Source: Bacteroidota bacterium (GTDB taxonomy: Bacteria > Bacteroidota > Rhodothermia > Rhodothermales > Salinibacteraceae). From it: DNA of 64,000 nt. Shown here piece after piece: positions 1-8,465 of this stretch. A program made the translations under genes and the position numbers. The notes beneath the pieces are model-generated. The model did not search any database, was not told the origin of the DNA, and saw only the letters and a list, made by a program, of their open reading frames with translations. The DNA is taken from assembly GCA_009908945.1 (NCBI GenBank), contig JAAAOI010000197.1, positions 891 through 64,890 on the forward strand, given 5' to 3'. Each line of letters starts with the position of its first letter. Position 1 is the first letter of the stretch.

Positions 1-580
1 CTACATCGTCCAAGATAATCAGGTTTTGATCGGGGCCGCCTCCGCGCACAATCAGTTGCGACGAGAAGTCATTGGCAGCCAATACGCCGGGGGTGGTTTG
101 GAGCGAGCGCAGCACGTCCTCTGCACCTCCAGGCAAGGCCTGCACCTGCTCCGGGGATACCGTTGTGATGGATGGGCGCGTGTCGCGCAGCGGCTGCCGG
201 CGGCCGGCGGCGACCTCCACCTGTTCCAGTGCCACAACGTCGGGAGCCAGTGCAATGTCCAGCCGCTGCGGCTCCCCCGCTGTTAGCGCCACCTCGCGCA
301 CGGCGGACACGTATCCTACTGCGCTGAACCGGATCTCTGTTGTGCCCGGCGCAGCACGCAACACGTAGCGCCCCTCGGCATCCGCCGCCACCCCCGCCCC
401 TGTAGCGGTGAGCAGCACGCTTGCGCCAGGTATGGTCTCGCCTGTCTCTGCATCGGAGATGGTCCCCCGCAGTTCAGCGCGTTCCTGTGCCGCGGCGAGT
501 TGCAACGTACCCACAAGCAACAGCAGGGCCCCGACGCTAACGAGCCACAGGCCGCGTGTTACGTGCCGAAAATACATCAT
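1..580 (-). CDS. TonB-dependent receptor, N-terminal part (the gene runs off the left edge of the window)
   Basis: This gene is absent from the ORF track because it has no stop codon inside the window. The reverse complement of 1..580 reads MMYFRHVTRGLWLVSVGALLLLVGTLQLAAAQERAELRGTISDAETGETIPGASVLL...IRFSAVGYVS...VEVAAGRRQPLRDTRPSITTVSPEQVQALPGGAEDVLRSLQTTPGV...LIVRGGGPDQNLIILDDV without interruption. That gives a signal peptide, a carboxypeptidase-regulatory-like domain and the beginning of a TonB plug. This is the usual N-terminus of Bacteroidota-type TonB-dependent receptors. Confidence 0.7.
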   Translation of the reverse strand, partial: MMYFRHVTRGLWLVSVGALLLLVGTLQLAAAQERAELRGTISDAETGETIPGASVLLTATGAGVAADAEGRYVLRAAPGTTEIRFSAVGYVSAVREVALTAGEPQRLDIALAPDVVALEQVEVAAGRRQPLRDTRPSITTVSPEQVQALPGGAEDVLRSLQTTPGVLAANDFSSQLIVRGGGPDQNLIILDDV

Positions 581-663
581 CGACTACACCGTATGAGTGC
601 CATGCTTACAGGGCTCTCCCTACGGTGGGCCATCGGCAGAGGTTTGTTACCGGGGCGCCACGA

Positions 664-1659
664 TTACTGCCCCTCGGGCGCGGTGCCCGTCGTGTCAGGC
701 CCCCCCTGCGTCGTGTCAGCCGTATCTGGCGGTACGGTGCGCACCGTGTCCTCCGCTGGTGGTGGGGCCGGGTCGGTAGGATACAGCTCTTCGGGGAACG
801 GTTGCTGTTCGGCCGGGCGTGGTCCCGCCTCTGCCGGCGCCTCTTCCAGACCCGCCAGCGTAATCGTGCCATTTTCCGTGCGCAGCTGTATCGCAGCCCC
901 GCCGTTGCCCACCCGTCCTTCGAACCGAAAGCCAGCGCCGTTGCGCGCCAACGCCCGCTCTTCAAACGTCAGGCCCCGTGCCGCGATCTCCCCCGACTCC
1001 GTCATTGCATCGATGTCCGCGGTAATATCCGCCCCGAGGCGCAGTGTGATGTCCCCGTTTTGCGTTTCCAGTTGGACCTCTTCCTCTGGTGCAATCGACA
1101 GCAGACTCACGGTAATGGAGCCGTTGCGGGTGGATGCCTCTACGCCGGCTCCGGCTTGCGTCACCGTTATGGGCCCGTTGGTGGACTGGACGGTCGTGGG
1201 GCCACGCACACTATCGACCACCACCTGCCCCGCTTCCAGCGTAATATTTAGTGTACTGGTCTGAGGCACCGTGCCCTCCACCTCCACCCGGCTCAATTCC
1301 GGTTCATCCGCTCGCATTATGTACTGGTATACATTATCATCGCCCGCTTCCTCCAGGGCAATGCGGCTCAAGACCTGCTCCGCGTCCGCAGGGTTGCGCC
1401 CGCGTCCGATTTTGGTGAAGGTGAGGCTTGCGGCTTCAGCCTCAGCGCCCTGAAGTTCTATGCGGCCCTGCTGCCCATCAAACACCAGTGTGCGCCCGCG
1501 CAGTTCGACGCCCCGCTCCAGCGTAGTTCGATCCTCCGCGCTCCCCAGCAGAAGACGCCCGGAGTCGGTCTCTTCCATTCCACGATCGTCGGGGGAGTCA
1601 TCGCAGGCCATGAGAACAAGACTACAGAGCAACAAGGAGGTAAAAAGCGCGAGACGCAT
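664..1659 (-). CDS. Putative lipoprotein with DUF4097-like beta-helical repeats (putative adhesin fold)
   Basis: ORF 664..1668. The ATG at 1659 gives MRLALFTSLLLCSLVLMAC, a signal peptide with a lipobox Cys. The body carries repeated 'NG.ITV/NGDITL/NGTITL' strands (STNGPITVTQ, TRNGSITVSL, TQNGDITLRL, TENGTITLAG) typical of DUF4097. The tail is Pro/Thr-rich. Confidence 0.65.
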   Translation of the reverse strand: MRLALFTSLLLCSLVLMACDDSPDDRGMEETDSGRLLLGSAEDRTTLERGVELRGRTLVFDGQQGRIELQGAEAEAASLTFTKIGRGRNPADAEQVLSRIALEEAGDDNVYQYIMRADEPELSRVEVEGTVPQTSTLNITLEAGQVVVDSVRGPTTVQSTNGPITVTQAGAGVEASTRNGSITVSLLSIAPEEEVQLETQNGDITLRLGADITADIDAMTESGEIAARGLTFEERALARNGAGFRFEGRVGNGGAAIQLRTENGTITLAGLEEAPAEAGPRPAEQQPFPEELYPTDPAPPPAEDTVRTVPPDTADTTQGGPDTTGTAPEGQ

Positions 1660-1752
1660 GAGGGGCACCTGTTAATGGAAGGAATTAATGAGAAGAAATA
1701 TTGAAACGATAAACGTAAACCGCTGATCCAGTGCATAAGGCGCGAGTACTGC

Positions 1753-2709
1753 TTAGTGCAGCGCCACCTTACGGATGAAGCGTCGGACGGCTACGTAGGA
1801 GCCGATCCAGCCGAGGAGCAGCCCAAACACGATCAGTCCTCCCACCGTGAGGGCAGAGGCCTCGACGGTAAGGGGGCCAAGCTGGGGGAGGTACCTGCTT
1901 AGCGCCCCGCGCAGGATAAGCAGGAGGCCACCCGCTATCGCGCCTGCGGTGGCCCCCTGGAGCATGCCTTCGATCAAAAAGGGTCTTCGAATGAAACCGT
2001 CAGTAGCCCCAACCAGCTTCATGGTGCGGATGAGAAGGCGCCGGGAGTAGATGGTAAGGCGAATCGTGTTGGCCACAAGAAAGATAGCAGCCATCAGCAC
2101 CAGCCCGCCAAGCAGCGCCCCCACGACGGTGAACGTCTGCACATTTTGCTGCACCTGTACCAATAACGGCTGATTGAACACCACGTCATCCACCCGATTC
2201 CATCCGCGAAAGGTCTGCACGAGGGCATTCAGGCTATCGGCCGTGGCATAATCCGATGCTACACGCACACGAATAGACGCCGGCAGAAACGGATCGTCCA
2301 GAAACGCTTCGCCGCCCTCGCCGAATTCTTCGAGGAAGATGGCCTGGGCTTCTTCCTGCGAAACATATTCCGCGTCGGCCACCCCTGGTGTTAATCCAGC
2401 ACGGCGGTGCAGAGCTTCAGCGTTGTCCGCATCGATGTCCTCTTCCAGAAATATTTCCACTTCCCCAACACGCTGAAGGAGCCAACTGGATACCTGCTGC
2501 GCCTCGTAGCCGACGAGCCCGAGCAGGCCCACCAGGATGAGCGCCACCGTAGCCGCGCTGGTCGAGGCCAGGGTAGCGAACTTTGAGCGGTTCAGGTTAG
2601 CAATGCCTTCTTTCACACTGTAAGACCAGGCCACGCGTACAACCTCGGCAGATCGTTGAAGGGGGAAGATATCCGGGCGCGTATGGGGGGGCTGATGGCG
2701 TATCGGCAT
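1753..2709 (-). CDS. ftsX: Cell division permease-like protein FtsX
   Basis: The 318-aa ORF has one N-terminal TM helix, a periplasmic domain and three C-terminal TM helices. The 'MKLVGATDGFIRRPFLIEG' motif is characteristic of FtsX. No ftsE gene is adjacent. Confidence 0.85.
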   Translation of the reverse strand: MPIRHQPPHTRPDIFPLQRSAEVVRVAWSYSVKEGIANLNRSKFATLASTSAATVALILVGLLGLVGYEAQQVSSWLLQRVGEVEIFLEEDIDADNAEALHRRAGLTPGVADAEYVSQEEAQAIFLEEFGEGGEAFLDDPFLPASIRVRVASDYATADSLNALVQTFRGWNRVDDVVFNQPLLVQVQQNVQTFTVVGALLGGLVLMAAIFLVANTIRLTIYSRRLLIRTMKLVGATDGFIRRPFLIEGMLQGATAGAIAGGLLLILRGALSRYLPQLGPLTVEASALTVGGLIVFGLLLGWIGSYVAVRRFIRKVALH

Positions 2710-2712
2710 CCG

Positions 2713-3579
2713 TTACGCGTCCGTCGCGGAAGCATCCAACCGCGCGCCCTCCGGATACGATCCCAACACGCGTAGGCTGGACGTCAACTCGTGCAGGTGG
2801 CCCAGGGCGCGGGCCACCGGCTCTGCGGTGGCTTCACCGACCACGTCCAGATAAAACAAGTACCGGCCGGGGTGCCCCACCAGCGGCCGGCTTTCCACCT
2901 TGAGCAGGTCGATCTCACGCAGTGCAAACACCGCAAGCGTCTTGAAGAGCGCGCCAGGCACGTTGGCCCGGAGCGCATACACGAGCGAGGTCTTGGCGCG
3001 CGCCTCCGGCACCGGCGATGGCGCTACTGCCGCGTAAGCGCCGGGGGCGAGCACCAGGAAACGTGTTTCGTTGCGAGGATTGCCCTCGATGGAGGCAGCC
3101 AGTACCGTGAGCCCGTACGTGGTCGCTGCCCGGGCTGAGGCGATAGCCCCCAGGCGCGGGTCCCCCTCGGCAGCGACCATTTTGGCGGCTCCTGCAGTGT
3201 CGTAGGCAGAAGTGGCTTCGGCCTGCGGCACGTCCTCGCGCAAGAACGTACGGCACTGCCCCAGCGCCTGCGGGTGCGAGTACACGCGCTCCAGCCCCTC
3301 CACTGTCGCCCCTGCCGGGGCCATCAGGTGATGCCGGATCCGAAGGATCCCCTCCCCCACAATATGTACAGCGTGCGCCTGTAGGAGGTCATAGTTTATA
3401 TGCACACTACCAAAGAGGGAGTTTTCGATCGGGATGACGGCTCGTGCCACCCGCCCGTTTTGGAGGGCTTCGAAGACATCATCAAAAGAGGGCTGCGGCG
3501 CAGGCGTGGCATCAGGGAAGAGGCTTTCGACGGCTTCCTCACTGAACGCCCCCGTCTCCCCTTGAAAAGCGACAAGCAT
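2713..3579 (-). CDS. pheA: Prephenate dehydratase (PDT domain plus C-terminal ACT domain)
   Basis: ORF 2713..3585 starts at a TTG. The ATG at 3579 gives MLVAFQGETGAFSEEA, the canonical PDT N-terminus. The protein carries 'TRFLVL' and 'SRP' ACT-region motifs. It lies 3 nt upstream of the ftsX start. Confidence 0.9.
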   Translation of the reverse strand: MLVAFQGETGAFSEEAVESLFPDATPAPQPSFDDVFEALQNGRVARAVIPIENSLFGSVHINYDLLQAHAVHIVGEGILRIRHHLMAPAGATVEGLERVYSHPQALGQCRTFLREDVPQAEATSAYDTAGAAKMVAAEGDPRLGAIASARAATTYGLTVLAASIEGNPRNETRFLVLAPGAYAAVAPSPVPEARAKTSLVYALRANVPGALFKTLAVFALREIDLLKVESRPLVGHPGRYLFYLDVVGEATAEPVARALGHLHELTSSLRVLGSYPEGARLDASATDA

Positions 3580-3666
3580 ACGCAATGGCGGTTTACAACG
3601 AGCGGTATGTGGTACGCGGGGCGTCGTGTGCGCGCTGCCCCCACTGCCCGGGCTGTCCTTGCGGTG

Positions 3667-3734
3667 CTGCGGCTATCCAGGGGCTGCGGCTATCCAGGGG
3701 CTGCGGCTATCCAGGGGCTGCGGCTATCCAGGGG
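3667..3734. repeat. Perfect tandem direct repeat, 4 copies of a 17-bp unit (CTGCGGCTATCCAGGGG)
   Basis: I counted the copies directly at 3667-3683, 3684-3700, 3701-3717 and 3718-3734. The last copy contains the TAG stop of the type III PKS gene. The array lies 88-155 nt upstream of the pheA start. Confidence 0.95.
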
Positions 3735-4860
3735 CTTCGACTTCCTGAAACAACGCGCCCTCCAGTGTCAGCCCCGGCCCAAAAGCCAGCGCCACACCGT
3801 TTCCGATGCCCGCCTCGCCGTTCGCGCGGCGTGCCCGATGCCGCTCCAAAAACCGCTGCAACACGAAAAGGATGGTCGGCGAGCTCATGTTGCCGTACTG
3901 ACGCAGCACGTCCAGGCTGTCGTGCACAGCGTCGTCTGGAAGGCCCAACACGTCGCGCGCCTTTTCCACGATCGCGCGCCCCCCGGGGTGGATCGCCCAG
4001 AAGTCCACGTCCTCGCGCGACAGTTCCCGGGTTTCGAGGAGCCCCTCGACATGCGCCGACACGTTGTCCGCGATCACCCGCGGCACCCGGGAAGAGAGCC
4101 CCATCAGAAAGCCGGTGTTGCCTACATCCCATGTCATGTGGTCCATGGAGTCCTCGTCCAGCACGACGTGGTTGCCGGTATACGCGAGTTGGCCTGCAGC
4201 GTCCGCTGCCGATTGGGGACGGAGGACCGCAGCGGCAGCCCCGTCCGAAAATAGCGCGTTTACCACGGCCGACTCCAGCGTGTCATCGACCTGAAAGTGC
4301 AGCGTGCACAGCTCGGCGCACACAACCAGCACGCGCGCCTCCGGGTTGGCCTGGCAGAAACTGTGCGCCACGCGCAGGGCGTTGAAGGCGGCATAGCACC
4401 CCATGAAGCCGATCATGGTGCGCTGCGTGGACGGCCGCAGGCGGAGGCGCTTTACCAGTTCGATGTCGATCCCTGGAGCAAAGAAGCCCGTGCACGACAC
4501 CGTGATGAGGTGTGTGATGCTTTCAGGGGCGGCATCCGCTTCGGCCAGCGCCGCACGCCCGACCTGCTCAGCCAGCGGTAGCACCGCCTGCCGATAGCGC
4601 GTGTTGCGTTCTGCGGTGGAGGGCGCAGGCTCCAGGTCCCAGTTCGGTGGAAAGAAAGTAAAGGCGTCGGCGTCCTGCTTCCCGTAGTCTGCAATGCACG
4701 AAAACCGCCGGTCGATGGCGGTCTGCGCATAAATTCGATCGATCCGATTCCGGATGGGTGCGGGCAGGGAGTCTATGCGTTTCATGAACGCGGCTGCCTC
4801 CGTTTGCGACCGGGCGTGGTCGGGGTTTCCCGTCGCGATGGACTCGACTACTGTAAACAT
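3724..4860 (-). CDS. Type III polyketide synthase (chalcone/stilbene synthase family)
   Basis: The 378-aa ORF carries the Cys-His-Asn triad contexts: 'VSCTGFFAPGID', 'FWAIHPGGRAI' and 'YGNMSSPTILF'. It also has the C-terminal 'GFGPGLT' signature. Confidence 0.9.
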   Translation of the reverse strand: MFTVVESIATGNPDHARSQTEAAAFMKRIDSLPAPIRNRIDRIYAQTAIDRRFSCIADYGKQDADAFTFFPPNWDLEPAPSTAERNTRYRQAVLPLAEQVGRAALAEADAAPESITHLITVSCTGFFAPGIDIELVKRLRLRPSTQRTMIGFMGCYAAFNALRVAHSFCQANPEARVLVVCAELCTLHFQVDDTLESAVVNALFSDGAAAAVLRPQSAADAAGQLAYTGNHVVLDEDSMDHMTWDVGNTGFLMGLSSRVPRVIADNVSAHVEGLLETRELSREDVDFWAIHPGGRAIVEKARDVLGLPDDAVHDSLDVLRQYGNMSSPTILFVLQRFLERHRARRANGEAGIGNGVALAFGPGLTLEGALFQEVEAPG

Positions 4861-4945
4861 AGGGAAGGCACAAACGCAGAGGGGAGGTGGGGCGGCCAGC
4901 CGTCACGGCTGCAGGGGCATGTTGGCATATCATGCAGGCCATGGC

Positions 4946-7477
4946 TTATGGCGAGGCTACTGCCGGCGTCTGTACAGGTTCTAACAGAAGCCGTCGCGCT
5001 TCATCTATATCGTCTGTCGTACGGAGCGTTTCTACCTTTTCACGCGTGAGCAACTTGGCTACGCCCGTCACAAGGTCGAGGTAGCGATCGGTAGAAGCGG
5101 TCTTCGGCACCAGCAGAATGAGGAGCACATGGACGGGCTGTGAGGTCCGCGGCAAACTGAGGCCTTCAGCGCTGAGGCCGGCAACCAACAGCGGCTCGTC
5201 GGCCACCAGTGGCAGGTGAAGATGATAAAGCGCTGCGCCGGCCATAAGCTCCGGAGCGTAGTTGTCGCCGTCCTCAGTAAACGATGCCGCCAGGTGCTGC
5301 GCCGTCTCCGGGCGCAGGCCCATGTCCTGTGCCAGTACCTGCTCCATCACCTGCTCCGCCGGCTGTGCGTCGGCCTCTGAACGCAGCCGTGACACCTGGA
5401 GCATGTCCTCCGTGATGGTCTGCGGCCGTTTCTGGCCGGTCTGGGTTAGCTTGGAGACCGGGCGCTCCGGCGCATACAGGGTGACGTCGCTGGTCTGGGC
5501 AAAGCGCTGCGCGATGAGCCGCGGCAGCCGGTCCAGCGAGGCGCGCCACGCCACCGAGCCACTGCGCACGCTCAGGAGGCTGAACAGGTCGTCCTCCTTC
5601 ACGGTCTCGTCCAGCGTGCGCATGAGGTCGCTCCACTGCGTCAATGCGATAGGCTCTACCGGCACCTCGGGGCGTAGGGCCTGAATGACGGGAACTTGAA
5701 TACGAGCGGAAGTTGCGGTGGTGAGGACAAGCAACTCCGCGCCGATCTGGTTGGCCATAATCTTCATCGCCCGTACGGCGTCGGCAAAACCCGGCTCCCG
5801 ATCGGCATACGGTGGAATGGCCAGGAGCATCCGTCGGATCGTGTTGAGCGGCTGCGTGATACGGCAGACCAGCACCATCTCTTCCGTCTCTTCCAGAAGC
5901 TGATCCAGCACGCTCCCAAAGATATACCGGCGCGCTGTATTGTCGCCGCTCCACCCGATCACCACCGTAGAAATACGATACTCGTCGATCGCGCGGCGGA
6001 CCCCGTTGGCTACATTCAGGTCGATGCGCGTACCCGGCCGCACGGGCACATCTGCAGTAGCCGCATGCAACACAGCACGACTAAGCAGCTGCTCGGCAGC
6101 CGCCACCTCAGCTTCTTGGTTGCCTCCCTCCCGCGCAATCGAGAGCGGGTACACGGGCTCCTCTGAGTTCGGGTTACGGATGTAGACGGCCATGTCCACG
6201 AGGTCTTCCGACGTCTCTGGGTTGGCCAGCGGCACCAGGATGCGCTGTGGCGCTTCAGAGGCCTCGTAGGGTTTCTGCTCCTCTTGTATGGCCACGCGAC
6301 GCCCAAACCGCTCCACCACCCACGGCCCGACGAGACACGTCAGCAGAATGAGCACCACCACCGCGTTGAGTAAGGCCTCATCAAACAGCCCCAGTTCGAA
6401 GCCCACGAGCGTGACCGCCAGCGTAGCTGCCGACTGCGGCGTGGACAGCCCGAAAATGGCCCAGCCTTCATCGGGGGTGTAGGCGTACAGCCACTGCACG
6501 CCCTTGGCCGCGATCAGCTTACCGACCCACACAACGGCAGCCAGAATCAGCGCCAGTAGCACCACTTCCGTCCCTTCAACCAATACAGCGACATCGACCA
6601 GCAGGCCCACGTACACCAGAAAGAAGGGGACAAACAGCGCATCACCCACAAACTTGATACGGAGCATGAGCGGGCTACGCTCGGGCACGAGCCGGTTCAG
6701 AATGATGCCCGCGAAAAACGCGCCGATGATGGGCGCTAAGTACGCGACCTGTGCCATGTAGGCGGTCACGAACACCACGGCCAGCAGAAACACAAACTCC
6801 ATGTCGGGCTGATTGCGCACGTTGCGGAAGAACCAGCGGCCGAGGCGCGGTAGCAGCAGCGCTACAAGTACGCCGTAGGCCAGGACCACCCCGGCAAACG
6901 TGGCCCAAAAGCCCAGCCCGGTGGCCCCTTCCACGGTAGCCGCCACGATGGCCAGAACGAGCAACGAGACCAGGTCCGTGACCATCGTGCCGCCCATCGT
7001 CATCGTCACCGCCAGGTTCTTGGTGATGCCCAGCTTTTCGGCAATCGGGTAGGCCAGCAGCGTGTGCGATCCCACGACAGCCCCGATGAGAAGGGCCGTG
7101 GCCGTCTCGTAGTTCAGCAGCTGGACCCCGACGCTTAGGGCCAGGGCCATTGGAAAGAGAAAGGATAGCAGCCCAAAGACGAGGCTGCGCGACTTGTACT
7201 TGACAAACTGGTTCAGGTCGAGCGACAGCCCGGCCGTAAACATGAGATAGAGCAGCCCCACCCGGCCCAGCAGCTCAAACGTGTTATCCACCTGCAACAG
7301 CCCCAACACGCTCTCGCCGGCGACGGCGCCAAACACAATGAGGCCCACAATACCGGGAACACCCAGCCGCTTAAATAAGAGGGGCGCCACCAGTACAATG
7401 ACCATCACCGTGGCGAAGGTGAGGACCGGGTCTGTGATGGGAAGGCTCAGGCCGAGCGACTCCAGGAAGGGCTGCAT
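4946..7477 (-). CDS. CPA2-family cation:proton antiporter fused to two USP-like domains and a C-terminal PTS EIIA type-2-like domain
   Basis: The ORF is 843 aa. Roughly the first 400 aa are polytopic membrane sequence of Kef/NapA type. Two alpha/beta USP-like modules follow (RILVPLANPETSEDL...TVVIGWSG and RMLLAIPPYADREPG...). The last ~150 aa (..GAALYHLHLP...VHVLLILLVPKTASTDRYLDLVTGVAKLL..) resemble the EIIA(Ntr/Fru) fold. Confidence 0.8.
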   Translation of the reverse strand: MQPFLESLGLSLPITDPVLTFATVMVIVLVAPLLFKRLGVPGIVGLIVFGAVAGESVLGLLQVDNTFELLGRVGLLYLMFTAGLSLDLNQFVKYKSRSLVFGLLSFLFPMALALSVGVQLLNYETATALLIGAVVGSHTLLAYPIAEKLGITKNLAVTMTMGGTMVTDLVSLLVLAIVAATVEGATGLGFWATFAGVVLAYGVLVALLLPRLGRWFFRNVRNQPDMEFVFLLAVVFVTAYMAQVAYLAPIIGAFFAGIILNRLVPERSPLMLRIKFVGDALFVPFFLVYVGLLVDVAVLVEGTEVVLLALILAAVVWVGKLIAAKGVQWLYAYTPDEGWAIFGLSTPQSAATLAVTLVGFELGLFDEALLNAVVVLILLTCLVGPWVVERFGRRVAIQEEQKPYEASEAPQRILVPLANPETSEDLVDMAVYIRNPNSEEPVYPLSIAREGGNQEAEVAAAEQLLSRAVLHAATADVPVRPGTRIDLNVANGVRRAIDEYRISTVVIGWSGDNTARRYIFGSVLDQLLEETEEMVLVCRITQPLNTIRRMLLAIPPYADREPGFADAVRAMKIMANQIGAELLVLTTATSARIQVPVIQALRPEVPVEPIALTQWSDLMRTLDETVKEDDLFSLLSVRSGSVAWRASLDRLPRLIAQRFAQTSDVTLYAPERPVSKLTQTGQKRPQTITEDMLQVSRLRSEADAQPAEQVMEQVLAQDMGLRPETAQHLAASFTEDGDNYAPELMAGAALYHLHLPLVADEPLLVAGLSAEGLSLPRTSQPVHVLLILLVPKTASTDRYLDLVTGVAKLLTREKVETLRTTDDIDEARRLLLEPVQTPAVASP

Positions 7478-7510
7478 GTGATACGGGGACGATCGAGGAA
7501 AACCTATGGG

Positions 7511-8350
7511 TTATGCGGCATCGTCGCTGGATGCGTCTTGCGCCTTGGCGGCCGTCCAGTGCGTGTTTATCTCATCGAGCGCAACGTCGGCCAGTGTGCG
7601 GCCTTCAGCTTTCACTTGCGCCTCCACGTAGGCAAACCGCCGCATAAACTTGTCTGTAGCCCGCTGCAGCGCGTTTTCCGGGGTGGCCTCCGCGAAGCGC
7701 GCGTAATTGACCAGTGCAAAGAGTACGTCGCCCAGCTCTTCTTCCACCCGTTCTGCTGCGGCGCCTGAGCCATCCGGGCGTACCTCCGCCCGAAACTCGG
7801 CCATCTCCTCCTCCACCTTTGCCCAGGCATCGCCGGCCTCCATAAAGTCGAAGCCCACGCCCACCGCCTTCTCCTGCACGCGCTGCGCCCGAAGCAGCGC
7901 AGGCAGGTGCTGCGGGACGCCGGCCAGGGCCGGTCGGTCCACGTCCTCCTGTTGCTTGGTCTGCTCCCACGTCTGCAGCACGGTCGCGGCGTCGTCTGCT
8001 ACTGCGTCGCCAAAGACATGAGGATGCCGCCGCACGAGTTTATCGGTTTCCGCCTCAATGACCTCTTGCAGCGTAAACCGCCCGGCTTGCTCTGCTATGG
8101 TGCTGTGAAACACCACGTGCAGCAAAATATCACCGAGCTCCTTCTTTAGCTCATCCCAATCGCGCTGGTCGATAGCCTCTACCACTTCGTAGGCTTCTTC
8201 GATGAGCAAATGCTTGACGGATTCATGCGTCTGCTCCCGATCCCACGGGCAATCCCGGCGCAGCTGTTTGACAATCGCTACAAAGTCGGCGTAGCTTTGG
8301 ATACAGTCTTCGGATTCGGCAAACGACGCCTCATATACTTTTTCAGCCAT
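7511..8350 (-). CDS. mazG: Nucleoside triphosphate pyrophosphohydrolase MazG (two tandem MazG domains)
   Basis: The 279-aa ORF carries 'LRRDCPWDREQTHESVKHLLIEEAYEVVEAI', 'ELGDILLHVVFH', 'KLVRRHPHVFGD' and a second EEELGDVLFALVN repeat. Confidence 0.9.
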   Translation of the reverse strand: MAEKVYEASFAESEDCIQSYADFVAIVKQLRRDCPWDREQTHESVKHLLIEEAYEVVEAIDQRDWDELKKELGDILLHVVFHSTIAEQAGRFTLQEVIEAETDKLVRRHPHVFGDAVADDAATVLQTWEQTKQQEDVDRPALAGVPQHLPALLRAQRVQEKAVGVGFDFMEAGDAWAKVEEEMAEFRAEVRPDGSGAAAERVEEELGDVLFALVNYARFAEATPENALQRATDKFMRRFAYVEAQVKAEGRTLADVALDEINTHWTAAKAQDASSDDAA

Positions 8351-8465
8351 GAAAAGGGACAGCCGGCGAAAGGAAAAAATAATGTGGCAAGCCTACCCTT
8401 TCGCTATCGCATTGTTTACTGCGGGCGTAGCCTCCGCCCCCCTCTCTCGGTAGCGCTCAACCCGT

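Noticed and set aside
3667-3734. The possibility that the 17-bp repeats form a small CRISPR array.
   Set aside because: The repeats are directly adjacent with no spacers. The unit is too short, and no cas genes are present in the window.
3585-4385. Plus-strand ORFs of 266-284 aa (3400-4254 and 3585-4385) spanning the repeat array and the PKS gene.
   Set aside because: They run antisense to the pheA start and the PKS gene, and part of each reading frame is simply the 17-bp repeat. Their translations are Arg/Pro/Gly-rich and motif-free.
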